A program made the translations under genes and the position numbers. The notes beneath the pieces were generated by a model. It did no database searches. It saw only the letters and a program-made list of their open reading frames with translations, and had not been told where the DNA came from. DNA of 31,507 nucleotides from the NCBI GenBank assembly GCA_043800755.1, contig JAZDMQ010000164.1, positions 1-31,507 on the forward strand, written 5' to 3'. Origin of the DNA: a bacterium (GTDB lineage Bacteria; Methylomirabilota; Methylomirabilia; CAVQYV01). Of the stretch, positions 11,007 to 19,529 are shown piece by piece (position 1 is the stretch's first letter; each line of letters starts with the position of its first letter).

Positions 11007-11137
11007 GATAGAAGTCTCGCCGGCGCCAATCCCCTTGGCAAGCATGGGGGTGAGCAAACCACATCGTGATCCAGGAAATCCTGGCAATTGAAGATTTCCT
11101 CCAGCTTGCTGGGCGGGAACTTCAATGGGGATCGGGC

Positions 11138-11794
11138 ATGCGTCTGATCTTGTTAGGGCCTCCAGGGGCTGGCAAGGGGACTCAGGCACGAATGATCGAA
11201 AGGGAGTATCGGATTCCGCAGATTTCCACCGGAGACATCCTGCGGGAGGAAGTGGCGGTGGATACCCTCCTGGGTAGAGCGGCGAAATCCTTTATGGGAC
11301 AGGGATCATTGGTCCCCGATGAGGTCATGATCGAGATCGTCAAGGAGCGGCTCTCCGGTCCGGAATACGCATCAGGTTACATTTTGGATGGGTTCCCCCG
11401 AACGGTGGCCCAGGCGGAGGCCTTAGATCGGTCCCTTGCGCTCGAGGGGTCGGGGATCGATTTGGTGTTGAGTCTGGAGTTGGACGAGGAGGAGTTGGTG
11501 CAGCGGATGGCGGAGCGGAGAGTCTGCGAGAGGTGTGGAGAGGTCTTTCATCTTCGGTTCCACCCCCCCCGCATCCCGGGCCAGTGCGATTCCTGTGGTG
11601 GCCCATTGGTTCAACGAGACGACGACCGCGAGGAGACCATCCGGAGACGCCTGTCGGTTTACCGGGCAGAGACGGCCCCTCTAATTAGCTATTATCGGCG
11701 AGGGGGAAGATTGCAGGAGGTTTCTGGAAGCGGAGCGATCCCCACGGTGAAGCGGAGGATTGATCAGGCCCTAAAGGAACGGTTCGGGACTTAG
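11138..11794 (+). CDS. adk: Adenylate kinase (Zn-binding LID)
   Basis: MRLILLGPPGAGKGTQA, ISTGDILR, LDGFPRT; CERC and CDSC in the LID; ATG at 11138. Confidence 0.97.
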   Translation: MRLILLGPPGAGKGTQARMIEREYRIPQISTGDILREEVAVDTLLGRAAKSFMGQGSLVPDEVMIEIVKERLSGPEYASGYILDGFPRTVAQAEALDRSLALEGSGIDLVLSLELDEEELVQRMAERRVCERCGEVFHLRFHPPRIPGQCDSCGGPLVQRDDDREETIRRRLSVYRAETAPLISYYRRGGRLQEVSGSGAIPTVKRRIDQALKERFGT

Positions 11795-11804
11795 GACTTA
11801 GGGT

Positions 11805-12560
11805 ATGATTTTTCTCAAATCCCCTTGGGAGATAGACCAGCTTCGGGTCAGTAATCGCATTGCGGCAGAGGCACTGGCGGAGCTGAAGAAGCTGATCCAG
11901 CCCGGGGTGAAAACTTCCGAACTCGATCGGTTTGCCGAGGCCTTGGTGAGGGGAAAGGGAGCGAAGCCGGCCTTTAAAGGATACAATGACTATCCCAATA
12001 CCCTGTGTACTTCCATCAATGAGGCTGTCGTTCACGGCATTCCCTCAGCCCGGGAATTACGGGAAGGGGACATTATCAGCTTGGACATCGGTACCATCTT
12101 TGCCGGATACTATGGGGATGCGGCAGTCACCCTTCCGGTGGGAAGGGTCTCCCGGGAGGCGGAAAGGCTGTTGCAGGTGACGCACGCTGCCCTCGACTTG
12201 GCTATCTCCAAGGCGAAGCCGGGCAATCGGTTGTCGGACATTTCCCACGCCATTCAAGAGTACGTCGAAGATCATGATATGTGCGTGGTAAAGGCCTTCG
12301 TGGGCCACGGAATCGGGAAGGCCTTGCATGAAGAACCTCAAATTCCCAACTTTGGCAGTCCCGGGAAAGGCCCCATTTTGAGACCTGGAATGGTGCTTGC
12401 GCTTGAACCCATGGTCAACCTGGGGACCTCAGAGGTGGTGCTCTTAGAAGATAAGTGGACGGCGATCAGCAAAGATCGTTCCCTTTCGGCGCATTTCGAG
12501 CATACGGTGGCGATAACGGAAGAGGGTAACGAGGTCTTGACCTCCCTGGATGGCCCGTGA
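11805..12560 (+). CDS. map: Methionine aminopeptidase type I
   Basis: [27 protein letters not shown] and SAHFEHTV motifs. Confidence 0.98.
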   Translation: MIFLKSPWEIDQLRVSNRIAAEALAELKKLIQPGVKTSELDRFAEALVRGKGAKPAFKGYNDYPNTLCTSINEAVVHGIPSARELREGDIISLDIGTIFAGYYGDAAVTLPVGRVSREAERLLQVTHAALDLAISKAKPGNRLSDISHAIQEYVEDHDMCVVKAFVGHGIGKALHEEPQIPNFGSPGKGPILRPGMVLALEPMVNLGTSEVVLLEDKWTAISKDRSLSAHFEHTVAITEEGNEVLTSLDGP

Positions 12561-12576
12561 GGCAGGAAGGATAGGG

Positions 12577-12795
12577 ATGGCAAAGGAAGAGGGCATTGAA
12601 GTAGAGGGAACGGTCATTGAACCCTTACCCAACGCCATGTTTCGGGTGGAGTTGGAGAACGGCCACAGGGTATTGGCTCATATTTCCGGGAAAATGAGGA
12701 TGCATTTTATCCGTATCTTGCCAGGGGACAAGGTGACCGTGGAGCTTTCCCCTTACGATCTGACCCGGGGCCGCATCATTTACCGTTACAAATAG
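12577..12795 (+). CDS. infA: Translation initiation factor IF-1
   Basis: [11 protein letters not shown]...[10 protein letters not shown]...[10 protein letters not shown]. Confidence 0.98.
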   Translation: MAKEEGIEVEGTVIEPLPNAMFRVELENGHRVLAHISGKMRMHFIRILPGDKVTVELSPYDLTRGRIIYRYK

Positions 12796-12821
12796 AGCCT
12801 CACAAGGGAGGCATAGAGAAT

Positions 12822-12935
12822 ATGAAAGTACGGGCATCGGTGAAGGTCAGGTGTGAGAAGTGCAAACTGATTCGTCGCAAGCGGATACTGCGGGTCGTGT
12901 GTGAAAACCCTCGCCATAAACAGCGACAGGGATAA
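12822..12935 (+). CDS. rpmJ: 50S ribosomal protein L36 (Zn-binding)
   Basis: Not in the ORF track (37 aa); manual translation [37 protein letters not shown], with GGAGG upstream. Confidence 0.97.
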   Translation: MKVRASVKVRCEKCKLIRRKRILRVVCENPRHKQRQG

Positions 12936-13045
12936 TTCATTAGACGGCAAAGTGACTCGTTTGGTGGTCGCAAGCCCCGGTCCTCCACAACGGAGGGTGG
13001 GCGCGTCCTCTCCCCGGGGAGGGGCAAACAGGGAAGGGGTGCGGA

Positions 13046-13420
13046 TTGGCTAGGATAGCGGGAGTAGATTTGCCGAGGGAAAAGAGATTGGAGGTAGCCC
13101 TCACCTATATCTATGGGATAGGACTGCCCAGCTCCAAGAAGATCTTGTCAGAGGCGAAGGTTTCCCCGGATGTCCGGGTGAAGGACATGACCGAGGAGGA
13201 AGTAGCCCACATCAGGGGCGTGCTGGAGGGACAGTTCACGGTGGAAGGGGATCTGAAGCGTGAGATCTCCGGAAACATCAAGAGGCTGATGGACATTGGG
13301 GTCTATCGGGGATTGAGGCACCGTCGTTCCCTTCCAGTTCGAGGGCAGCGGACCAGCACCAATGCGCGAACCAGAAAGGGTCCCCGCAGGACGGTAGGGG
13401 CCAAGAGAAAGAAGACCTAA
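13046..13420 (+). CDS. rpsM: 30S ribosomal protein S13
   Basis: [17 protein letters not shown] and [16 protein letters not shown] motifs; TTG start. Confidence 0.98.
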   Translation: MARIAGVDLPREKRLEVALTYIYGIGLPSSKKILSEAKVSPDVRVKDMTEEEVAHIRGVLEGQFTVEGDLKREISGNIKRLMDIGVYRGLRHRRSLPVRGQRTSTNARTRKGPRRTVGAKRKKT

Positions 13421-13438
13421 ACCGAGGAGACTGATTCT

Positions 13439-13840
13439 ATGGCACAGACAAAGAAGAAGGCCACCAGGGGGAGAGGGAAAAAGGAATTCAAGAATATCAC
13501 CCATGGGGTTGCCTGCATTCAATCCACCTTCAATAATACCATCGTTACCATCGCGGACCTCAATGGCAATGTGATAACCTGGGCGAGCGCCGGTAGCCTG
13601 GGATTTAAGGGTTCTCGGAAGAGCACACCCTTTGCGGCCCAAATGGCAGCCGAGCAGTGTGCCCGGAAGGCAATCTCCTACGGCATGAAAGAAGTGAAGG
13701 TGATGGTGAAAGGACCGGGATCGGGCAGAGAGGCTGCCATACGGTCGCTGCAAGCGGTGGGGCTGGAGATAGCGGCCATTAAAGATGTGACGCCGATCCC
13801 TCATAATGGCTGCCGGCCGCCCAAGCGTAGAAGGGTTTGA
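13439..13840 (+). CDS. rpsK: 30S ribosomal protein S11
   Basis: [22 protein letters not shown] and [18 protein letters not shown] motifs. Confidence 0.98.
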   Translation: MAQTKKKATRGRGKKEFKNITHGVACIQSTFNNTIVTIADLNGNVITWASAGSLGFKGSRKSTPFAAQMAAEQCARKAISYGMKEVKVMVKGPGSGREAAIRSLQAVGLEIAAIKDVTPIPHNGCRPPKRRRV

Positions 13841-13924
13841 TGGTCTGGGGGAAGTCTGATCCTCCTTTATGGCTGCAGAAGAGGGGAGAGGGAAATGAAG
13901 GCTTTAACTCTGGGAGCGAAATAA

Positions 13925-14557
13925 GTGGCTAGATACTTGAATTCAGTCTGCAAGATATGTCGTAGGGAAGGAAGCAAGCTCTTCCTGAAGGGGGATCGCT
14001 GTCTGAGCAGCAAATGTGCCATCGAGAAACGGGCCTACGCCCCCGGGGAGCATGGTCAGCGTCAGCGGAGGACCAAAGCGACCAATTACTCTATTCAGCT
14101 TCGCGAAAAGCAGAAGATGAAAAGGTCCTATGGGATAATGGAAAAGCAATTTCGTGGCTACTTCCAAAAGGCCGAGCGGCTTCGGGGATTGCCGGGAGAG
14201 AACCTGATTTGCCTCGTCGAGCGCCGCCTCGACAACATCGCCTACCGTTTGGGCTTTGCCACCTCTCGGGCTGAGGCTAGGCAGATGGTGCGGCATGGGC
14301 ACTTCACCTTAAACGGCCGCCCGGTCAACATCCCCTCCATCCTGTTGCGAGCGGGAGACGCGGTGGCAGTCAAGGAGGCGAGCCGGGAACTTCTGGTGAT
14401 TAAAGGCGCCCTGGAATCGGCGAAGCGTCGCACCCTTCCAAGCTGGCTTGAATTCGACGCCTCACAGCTTGTGGGAAAGGTGAAGTCGCTGCCCAACCGC
14501 GAGGAGGTCTCCCTGCCTATCCAGGATCAGTTGATTGTGGCCATTTACTCCAAGTAG
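13925..14557 (+). CDS. rpsD: 30S ribosomal protein S4
   Basis: [21 protein letters not shown] and [12 protein letters not shown] motifs; GTG start. Confidence 0.98.
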   Translation: MARYLNSVCKICRREGSKLFLKGDRCLSSKCAIEKRAYAPGEHGQRQRRTKATNYSIQLREKQKMKRSYGIMEKQFRGYFQKAERLRGLPGENLICLVERRLDNIAYRLGFATSRAEARQMVRHGHFTLNGRPVNIPSILLRAGDAVAVKEASRELLVIKGALESAKRRTLPSWLEFDASQLVGKVKSLPNREEVSLPIQDQLIVAIYSK

Positions 14558-14570
14558 TGTTGAGGGCTCT

Positions 14571-15575
14571 ATGTTCCAGAATTTTAAAGGATTTCAAAAG
14601 CCGAAGAGGTTAGAGTACGAGACGGAGACCCTGACTCCCACTTACGGGAGGTTCTTTGCCGAACCCTTCGAGAGGGGGTTCGGGTTGACGATCGGGAACT
14701 CCCTGCGCAGGGTTCTCCTTTCGTCGATCGAGGGGGCCGCCGTCACTTCCATCCGTATCCCGGGGGTGCTCCATGAATTCTCCACTATCCCCGGACTCAA
14801 AGAGGATGTGACGGATATCATCCTCAATGTCAAGGGGCTCCGGTTAAAGATGAAGGTGAATCATCCCAAGACCCTTTACCTGAAGGCTACTAAGGCGGGG
14901 CCGGTAAAGGCGGGCGATATCGTTCCTGATGCCGATGTTGAGATTATGAATCCGGAACTGCATATTGCCACCCTGGACCACCATGCCAAATTGGAGATCG
15001 AGCTGGAGGCGGGCCGCGGGCGGGGATATGTATCGGCGGAAAGGAACAAGAAAGAGGGCCAGGCCATCGATGTCATACCCATCGATTCGCTCTTCTCGCC
15101 GGTCAGGAAGGTGAATTATCAGATCGAGGATACCCGAGTGGGGCAGGCCACTGATTATAATCGACTCATCCTGGAGGTCTGGACCGACGGCAGCATCCTG
15201 CCCCAGGACGCAGTCGCCTATGCCGCCAAGATCCTTAAGGACCATTTGACGATCTTCATCAATTTTGAAGAGGAGCCGGAGGCGCAGGAGGAAGTCGCTG
15301 ATACCGCTCTGGACCAGATCTGGGAGAACCTGAATCGGAGCGTGGATGAGTTGGAGCTATCCGTGCGGTCGGCCAATTGCCTCAAGAATTCCAATATCCG
15401 CTATATCAGGGATCTGGTGGTCAAGACCGAAGCGGAGATGCTCAAGACCAAGAACTTTGGCCGCAAGTCCTTGATGGAGATAAAAGAGATCCTGGCCAAG
15501 ATGAATCTGTCGCTGGGAATGAAATTAGAGGATTTGGGTCCGGCCCTGGCTCCCAAAGGTAAAGGGGAGAAGTAA
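14571..15575 (+). CDS. rpoA: DNA-directed RNA polymerase subunit alpha
   Basis: [34 protein letters not shown] and NFGRKSL motifs; ATG at 14571. Confidence 0.98.
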   Translation: MFQNFKGFQKPKRLEYETETLTPTYGRFFAEPFERGFGLTIGNSLRRVLLSSIEGAAVTSIRIPGVLHEFSTIPGLKEDVTDIILNVKGLRLKMKVNHPKTLYLKATKAGPVKAGDIVPDADVEIMNPELHIATLDHHAKLEIELEAGRGRGYVSAERNKKEGQAIDVIPIDSLFSPVRKVNYQIEDTRVGQATDYNRLILEVWTDGSILPQDAVAYAAKILKDHLTIFINFEEEPEAQEEVADTALDQIWENLNRSVDELELSVRSANCLKNSNIRYIRDLVVKTEAEMLKTKNFGRKSLMEIKEILAKMNLSLGMKLEDLGPALAPKGKGEK

Positions 15576-15632
15576 TCCCTTTTCCCCCTGTCCCCCTGCG
15601 CATCGGGCCGGAAGCTAAGGAGAATATGGATT

Positions 15633-16229
15633 ATGCGCCATCAGAAGGCAGGAAGGAAACTGGGCAGGACGAGTTCTCATCGGCAGGCCCTGCTCCGCAA
15701 CCTGGTGACGGCCTTGCTATTGCATGAGAGGATCATTACCACCGAAGCCAAGGCGAAAGAGCTGCGGAGGATTGCAGAGCGAATGATCACCCTGGCCAAG
15801 AGGGAGGATCTGCACGCGCGGCGCCAGGCCTCCCAGATCATTATGGATGAAAACGTCTTGAGGAAGCTATTCGACAGCCTGGGGGCGAGATTCTCCCAGC
15901 GAGCGGGCGGCTACACCCGCATCACTAAGCTCGCCTATCGGGCTGGGGATGGGGCGCCACTCGCGGTCATCGAATTGCTGGACCAGGTGAAGGAGAAGGA
16001 AGAGTCTTCGATCAAGGCAAAGGTCAAGAAAGCCCTGCGAAGGCCGGGCGCAAAGCGAGAGGGCAAGCAGCAAGAGCCAGAGGCGAAGGGAAAAGAGGCG
16101 AAGGGAAAAGAGGCGAAGGAGAGATCCCCTAAGGGAAGGAAGAAGGCGATCCCAGCGAAGGGGAAAATGAGGCAGGCCGTTTCCGGGGGGGGATCTTCCC
16201 CCAGTGAGGCAGGGCCATCCTCCACCTAA
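15633..16229 (+). CDS. rplQ: 50S ribosomal protein L17 with ~80 aa low-complexity C-terminal tail
   Basis: [26 protein letters not shown] and GGYTRI motifs; tail rich in K/E/A/G. Confidence 0.97.
   Translation: MRHQKAGRKLGRTSSHRQALLRNLVTALLLHERIITTEAKAKELRRIAERMITLAKREDLHARRQASQIIMDENVLRKLFDSLGARFSQRAGGYTRITKLAYRAGDGAPLAVIELLDQVKEKEESSIKAKVKKALRRPGAKREGKQQEPEAKGKEAKGKEAKERSPKGRKKAIPAKGKMRQAVSGGGSSPSEAGPSST
16080..16119 (+). repeat. In-frame 15-bp tandem repeat GAGGCGAAGGGAAAA x2.7 (EAKGK) in the L17 tail
   Basis: Read directly from the sequence. Confidence 0.9.
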
Positions 16230-16260
16230 CCCTCGGAATCTGAGCGTCGGTTTCTGAACC

Positions 16261-16310
16261 ATGCCTTCCTCAGGGGTCCAAGAGCCCTCGGGGAAGGCAT
16301 TTTTGTTTTT
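16261..16310 (+). terminator. Rho-independent terminator of the ribosomal superoperon
   Basis: ATGCCTTCC...GGAAGGCAT stem (with inner AGGG/CCCT pairing) followed by TTTTGTTTTT, 31 nt after the rplQ stop. Confidence 0.85.
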
Positions 16311-16338
16311 GATCTGGAGTTGGACCCGCCGACCATAC

Positions 16339-16406
16339 TCCTTCCTTCCTTCCTTCCTTCCTTCCTTCCTTCCTTCCTTCCTTCCTTCCTTCCTTCCTTC
16401 CTTCCT
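16339..16406. repeat. Perfect tetranucleotide simple sequence repeat (TCCT)17
   Basis: 68 bp, 17 uninterrupted units counted directly. Confidence 0.97.
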
Positions 16407-16430
16407 GTTCAAGAGCGCCCTAAAAAATCG

Positions 16431-16459
16431 TTGTCCATTTGGAAGAAAAGGGTTACATT
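16431..16459 (+). promoter_or_regulatory. Putative sigma70 promoter of the downstream gene run
   Basis: TTGTCC-17 nt-TACATT, preceded by an A-tract, ~50 nt before the ATG at 16512. Confidence 0.55.
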
Positions 16460-16511
16460 ATCTCCAAACTCCCAAGATCTAATGGGTCCTCTGAGGGAGG
16501 AGGTGAAGAGG

Positions 16512-16769
16512 ATGAGCGAGGAGAGGATTGGCGAGATCTCCAAATACTTCGCAAAGGTGGGGGTCGCGGGCATCCAGATTGAGCAGGGATCCTTGAGCCG
16601 GGGAGAGACGATCCACGTCGTGGGCCACACCACCGACTTCACCCAGGTGGTGGACTCGATCCAGCTCGAAAATCAGGCGATCGAGAAGGCAACGCCCGGT
16701 CAGCTGGTAGGGATCAAGGTGAGGGATCGGGTCAGGGAGAAGGATGCGGTGTTCAAGGTAACCGGGTAG
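16512..16769 (+). CDS. Small stand-alone beta-barrel protein (EF-Tu domain II-like / U32 peptidase C-terminal-like)
   Basis: 85 aa IGEISKYFAKVGVAGI...GETIHVVGHTTDFTQVVDSIQ...GQLVGIKV...VREKDAVFKV; strong GGAGGAGG upstream. Confidence 0.8.
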   Translation: MSEERIGEISKYFAKVGVAGIQIEQGSLSRGETIHVVGHTTDFTQVVDSIQLENQAIEKATPGQLVGIKVRDRVREKDAVFKVTG

Positions 16770-16773
16770 GACG

Positions 16774-17037
16774 ATGGAGAGAGAAGGCGGATCTTCCGAG
16801 GAGCTCCGGGCCGAGGAGAGGAAGGTGAGGGAGGTCCAGGTCCTGTCCGATCTGGTGGTGAGCCTCCTCATCGGAAGCAACTTCACCCTCTACGAATGCT
16901 TGCTGCTCCTGAAGGCGGCGAAGAGATTCGCTTTGAGTCGGTTTCCGGACAAGGAAGAGACTTACGAGCTGATCTATGGATCGCGCTTTAGGAGGGTGCT
17001 AAGAGAGCGCATGGGCTTCTCCTCCGAGAGGAATTGA
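16774..17037 (+). CDS. Hypothetical helical protein
   Basis: 87 aa ORF starting 4 nt after the previous stop; C-terminal FPDKEETYELIYGSRFRRVL segment looks like a conserved motif. Confidence 0.7.
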   Translation: MEREGGSSEELRAEERKVREVQVLSDLVVSLLIGSNFTLYECLLLLKAAKRFALSRFPDKEETYELIYGSRFRRVLRERMGFSSERN

Positions 17038-17082
17038 GGCTCTCTCCCTCGGCTGCCCAAGGTCACCCCTCTTTTACTCACC

Positions 17083-17964
17083 ATGGACATACCCCGCGAT
17101 CTCTTGCAGGAGAGGGCTGCAAAAGCCCTGAGGTCTTTGCAGGATTGCACCCTCTGCCCTCGGCATTGCCGGGTCAATCGTCTGGAGGGAGAGCTCGGGT
17201 ACTGCCAGATCGGAAGCAAGGCCAAGGTCTCCAGTTACGGGCCCCATTTTGGTGAAGAACCCCCGTTGGTGGGGCGCTATGGGTCCGGCACCATCTTCTT
17301 CGCCCGCTGCAACTTGGGTTGCCTTTTCTGCCAAAACTACGAGATCAGCCAGCGCGGAGAGGGTGAGACGGTTGAGGAAGAGGACCTAGCAGCGATGATG
17401 CTGTCCCTCCAAGCCGGAGGGTGCCATAATATCAACTTGGTCACCCCCACTCACGTCGTCCCTCAAATCCTGGGAGCGCTTACCCTGGCAAGAGAGAGGG
17501 GCCTTCGCCTGCCCCTGGTTTACAACTGCGGTGGCTATGAATCCCTGCTCACCTTGGAGATCTTGGCGGGGGTCATCGATATCTACATGCCCGACGCCAA
17601 ATACGCCTCCGAGGAGGTTGCGCAGGAGCTGTCGGACGCCCCCGATTATCCACGCGTCATGAGGGAGGCCTTGAAAGAGATGCACCGCCAGGTGGGAGAT
17701 CTGCGCTGCGACGCCCGGGGGGTGGCGGTAAAGGGTCTTCTGGTGCGACATCTGGTGCTGCCTCATGGCCTGGCAGGGACCCGAGAGATCATGCGCTTCT
17801 TGGCCCAGGAGATCTCGCCCGACACCTATGTGAACATCATGGATCAGTATCGCCCTGCCTTCAAGGCCCCTTATGATTCAAGGGTCAACCGTCGCACCGC
17901 CCCTGCCGAGTTTGAAGAAGCGATTGCCACCGCCCTTCAGGAGGGACTGCACCAGGGGTTCTGA
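17083..17964 (+). CDS. PflX-like radical SAM protein
   Basis: N-terminal CTLCPRHC, GSGTIFF, CNLGCLFCQN (CxxxCxxC), HNINLVTPTH, VRHLVLP. Confidence 0.9.
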   Translation: MDIPRDLLQERAAKALRSLQDCTLCPRHCRVNRLEGELGYCQIGSKAKVSSYGPHFGEEPPLVGRYGSGTIFFARCNLGCLFCQNYEISQRGEGETVEEEDLAAMMLSLQAGGCHNINLVTPTHVVPQILGALTLARERGLRLPLVYNCGGYESLLTLEILAGVIDIYMPDAKYASEEVAQELSDAPDYPRVMREALKEMHRQVGDLRCDARGVAVKGLLVRHLVLPHGLAGTREIMRFLAQEISPDTYVNIMDQYRPAFKAPYDSRVNRRTAPAEFEEAIATALQEGLHQGF

Positions 17965-17968
17965 GATC

Positions 17969-18313
17969 ATGAAGAAAATCGCTTCCTATCGCTTCGGCCA
18001 GGTCGAGATCGAAGGGAAGGCCTATCGCTCAGATCTGATCATCTATCCTGACCGCATCGATGACCATTGGTGGAGGAAAGAAGGGCATTCCCTGCAAGTT
18101 GAAGACCTGGCGGAGGTGGTGGCTGCCCAGCCCGAGGTCCTGGTGGTGGGGACTGGCCGATTTGGGATGATGCGCATCCCCCAGGAAACCAGAGACTATC
18201 TGTCCTCCTTAGGCATTGAGCTGATCGCGGAGGACACGGACAGGGCCTGCCGGACTCTCGACCGGCTTGCTCCAGAGAGACGAGTGGTAGCGGCCTTGCA
18301 CCTAACCTGCTGA
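17969..18313 (+). CDS. Mth938-like domain protein
   Basis: I.SYRFG.VEI.G..Y.SD, WWRKEGH.L, VVGTG..G, VAALHLTC; ATG at 17969. Confidence 0.88.
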   Translation: MKKIASYRFGQVEIEGKAYRSDLIIYPDRIDDHWWRKEGHSLQVEDLAEVVAAQPEVLVVGTGRFGMMRIPQETRDYLSSLGIELIAEDTDRACRTLDRLAPERRVVAALHLTC

Positions 18314-18326
18314 TAGGAGAAAGGGG

Positions 18327-19529
18327 ATGGCATCTTTCCCTGGGCAAAGCGCCTTGCACCACGCGCGGTCTCTCTCCTTTCCCCGCAAGACTGGAAGTGC
18401 GGGCTGGCACAAGTCCCGAGACTACATCGTGGCCGAGTTGCAGAAACTGGGATATGCCGTATTGGGGGAGAAATTTCCCATCCAGGCAGATCCCTCGCTT
18501 TTCAACAGAGGGCTCATCACCTTCACCCTGCTCCTCCTGGTGGTTTCTTACCTGGTCAGCAAGGGCTCCCCTTTGCTGGCTGCCCTACTGATGTTCCTCC
18601 CCCCCTTTGCCGTCGCCACTGCCAGCCTGGCTTGGAATGCCTGGATTTCCTCGGGAAAGCTACGACTCAAGCCCCGGGCCTTTCCCGGCGTCAATTTGGT
18701 GGCCGATCTGCCGCCCCAGGGTGAAAGCCAGGGCCGGGTCCTCCTGGTGGCCCATTACGATTCGAAGGGCCAAAGCCTCTCCCTGCCCGAGCGATCCCTC
18801 CTCCTCCTCTGCCTGGTCCTCCTCTGCCTGATCGTGGCCCTGCTCTACCTCTCGGCCTCGCATGTAGGACTGGCGCCCTTTCCCCCGCCCTCTCGCAAGC
18901 AGATGGCCTTCCTCTCTGCAGTGGCTGCCCTGTGCGCCTTGATGATCTATCGGAACAAGACCTTCGACACCTCCCCCGGGGCCCTCGATGATGCCTCAGG
19001 GGTAGGGGTACTGCTAACCTTAGCCGAGGCCATGAAAGAGGAGCCCCCCACGCGGACCAGGGTAACCTTCCTCTTCACCGACGCCGAGGAAGAAGGGCTG
19101 CTGGGGGCCTGGTCCTACCTGAAGTCCCATCCCGGAGAGCTTTCCCTCAGTGATACCTACATCCTAAATCTGGAGGGGATCGGGTTGGAGGGGAGGCTCC
19201 TGTTCCTGGGGAAGTGGGGGTCAGAGTTGGCCGCCCGAATCCTCCGGCTGGCAAAGGGACGGGGCATCCCGCTGCGGCCATGTCCTTTCCTGCCCGGGGT
19301 GCTGATGGATCATCTCCCCTTCCGCTGGCAGGGGCTGCAGGCGGCTACTCTCTTCTGCCTCTCCTTCAAAAGCTTCTACATCCACACGCCCAAGGATCGG
19401 TCTGATCTGCTGGAAGAGGGGGGGCTGAGGGAGGCGGGAGAGTTGGCCCTTTCTTTCATTCGGGAGATCGACCAGGCCCAACCTGCTCTCAGGGGCGGGG
19501 AGGCGGGAAGGGGAGGGGTTGGATTTTGA
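18327..19529 (+). CDS. Membrane-bound M28-family metallopeptidase
   Basis: AHYDS, GALDDASG, DAEEEGL, MDH and IHT metal-ligand motifs interrupted by hydrophobic TM pairs. Confidence 0.85.
   Translation: MASFPGQSALHHARSLSFPRKTGSAGWHKSRDYIVAELQKLGYAVLGEKFPIQADPSLFNRGLITFTLLLLVVSYLVSKGSPLLAALLMFLPPFAVATASLAWNAWISSGKLRLKPRAFPGVNLVADLPPQGESQGRVLLVAHYDSKGQSLSLPERSLLLLCLVLLCLIVALLYLSASHVGLAPFPPPSRKQMAFLSAVAALCALMIYRNKTFDTSPGALDDASGVGVLLTLAEAMKEEPPTRTRVTFLFTDAEEEGLLGAWSYLKSHPGELSLSDTYILNLEGIGLEGRLLFLGKWGSELAARILRLAKGRGIPLRPCPFLPGVLMDHLPFRWQGLQAATLFCLSFKSFYIHTPKDRSDLLEEGGLREAGELALSFIREIDQAQPALRGGEAGRGGVGF

Noticed and set aside
16339..16406. Possible CRISPR array
   Set aside because: 4-bp unit with no spacers, and no cas genes in the window
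15867..16482. ORFs with EGRK or LPSF repeats (15867-16412 minus, 16261-16482 plus, 5' part of 16320-16769)
   Set aside because: They are translations of the TCCT microsatellite and terminator; the gene start at 16512 has a much better SD
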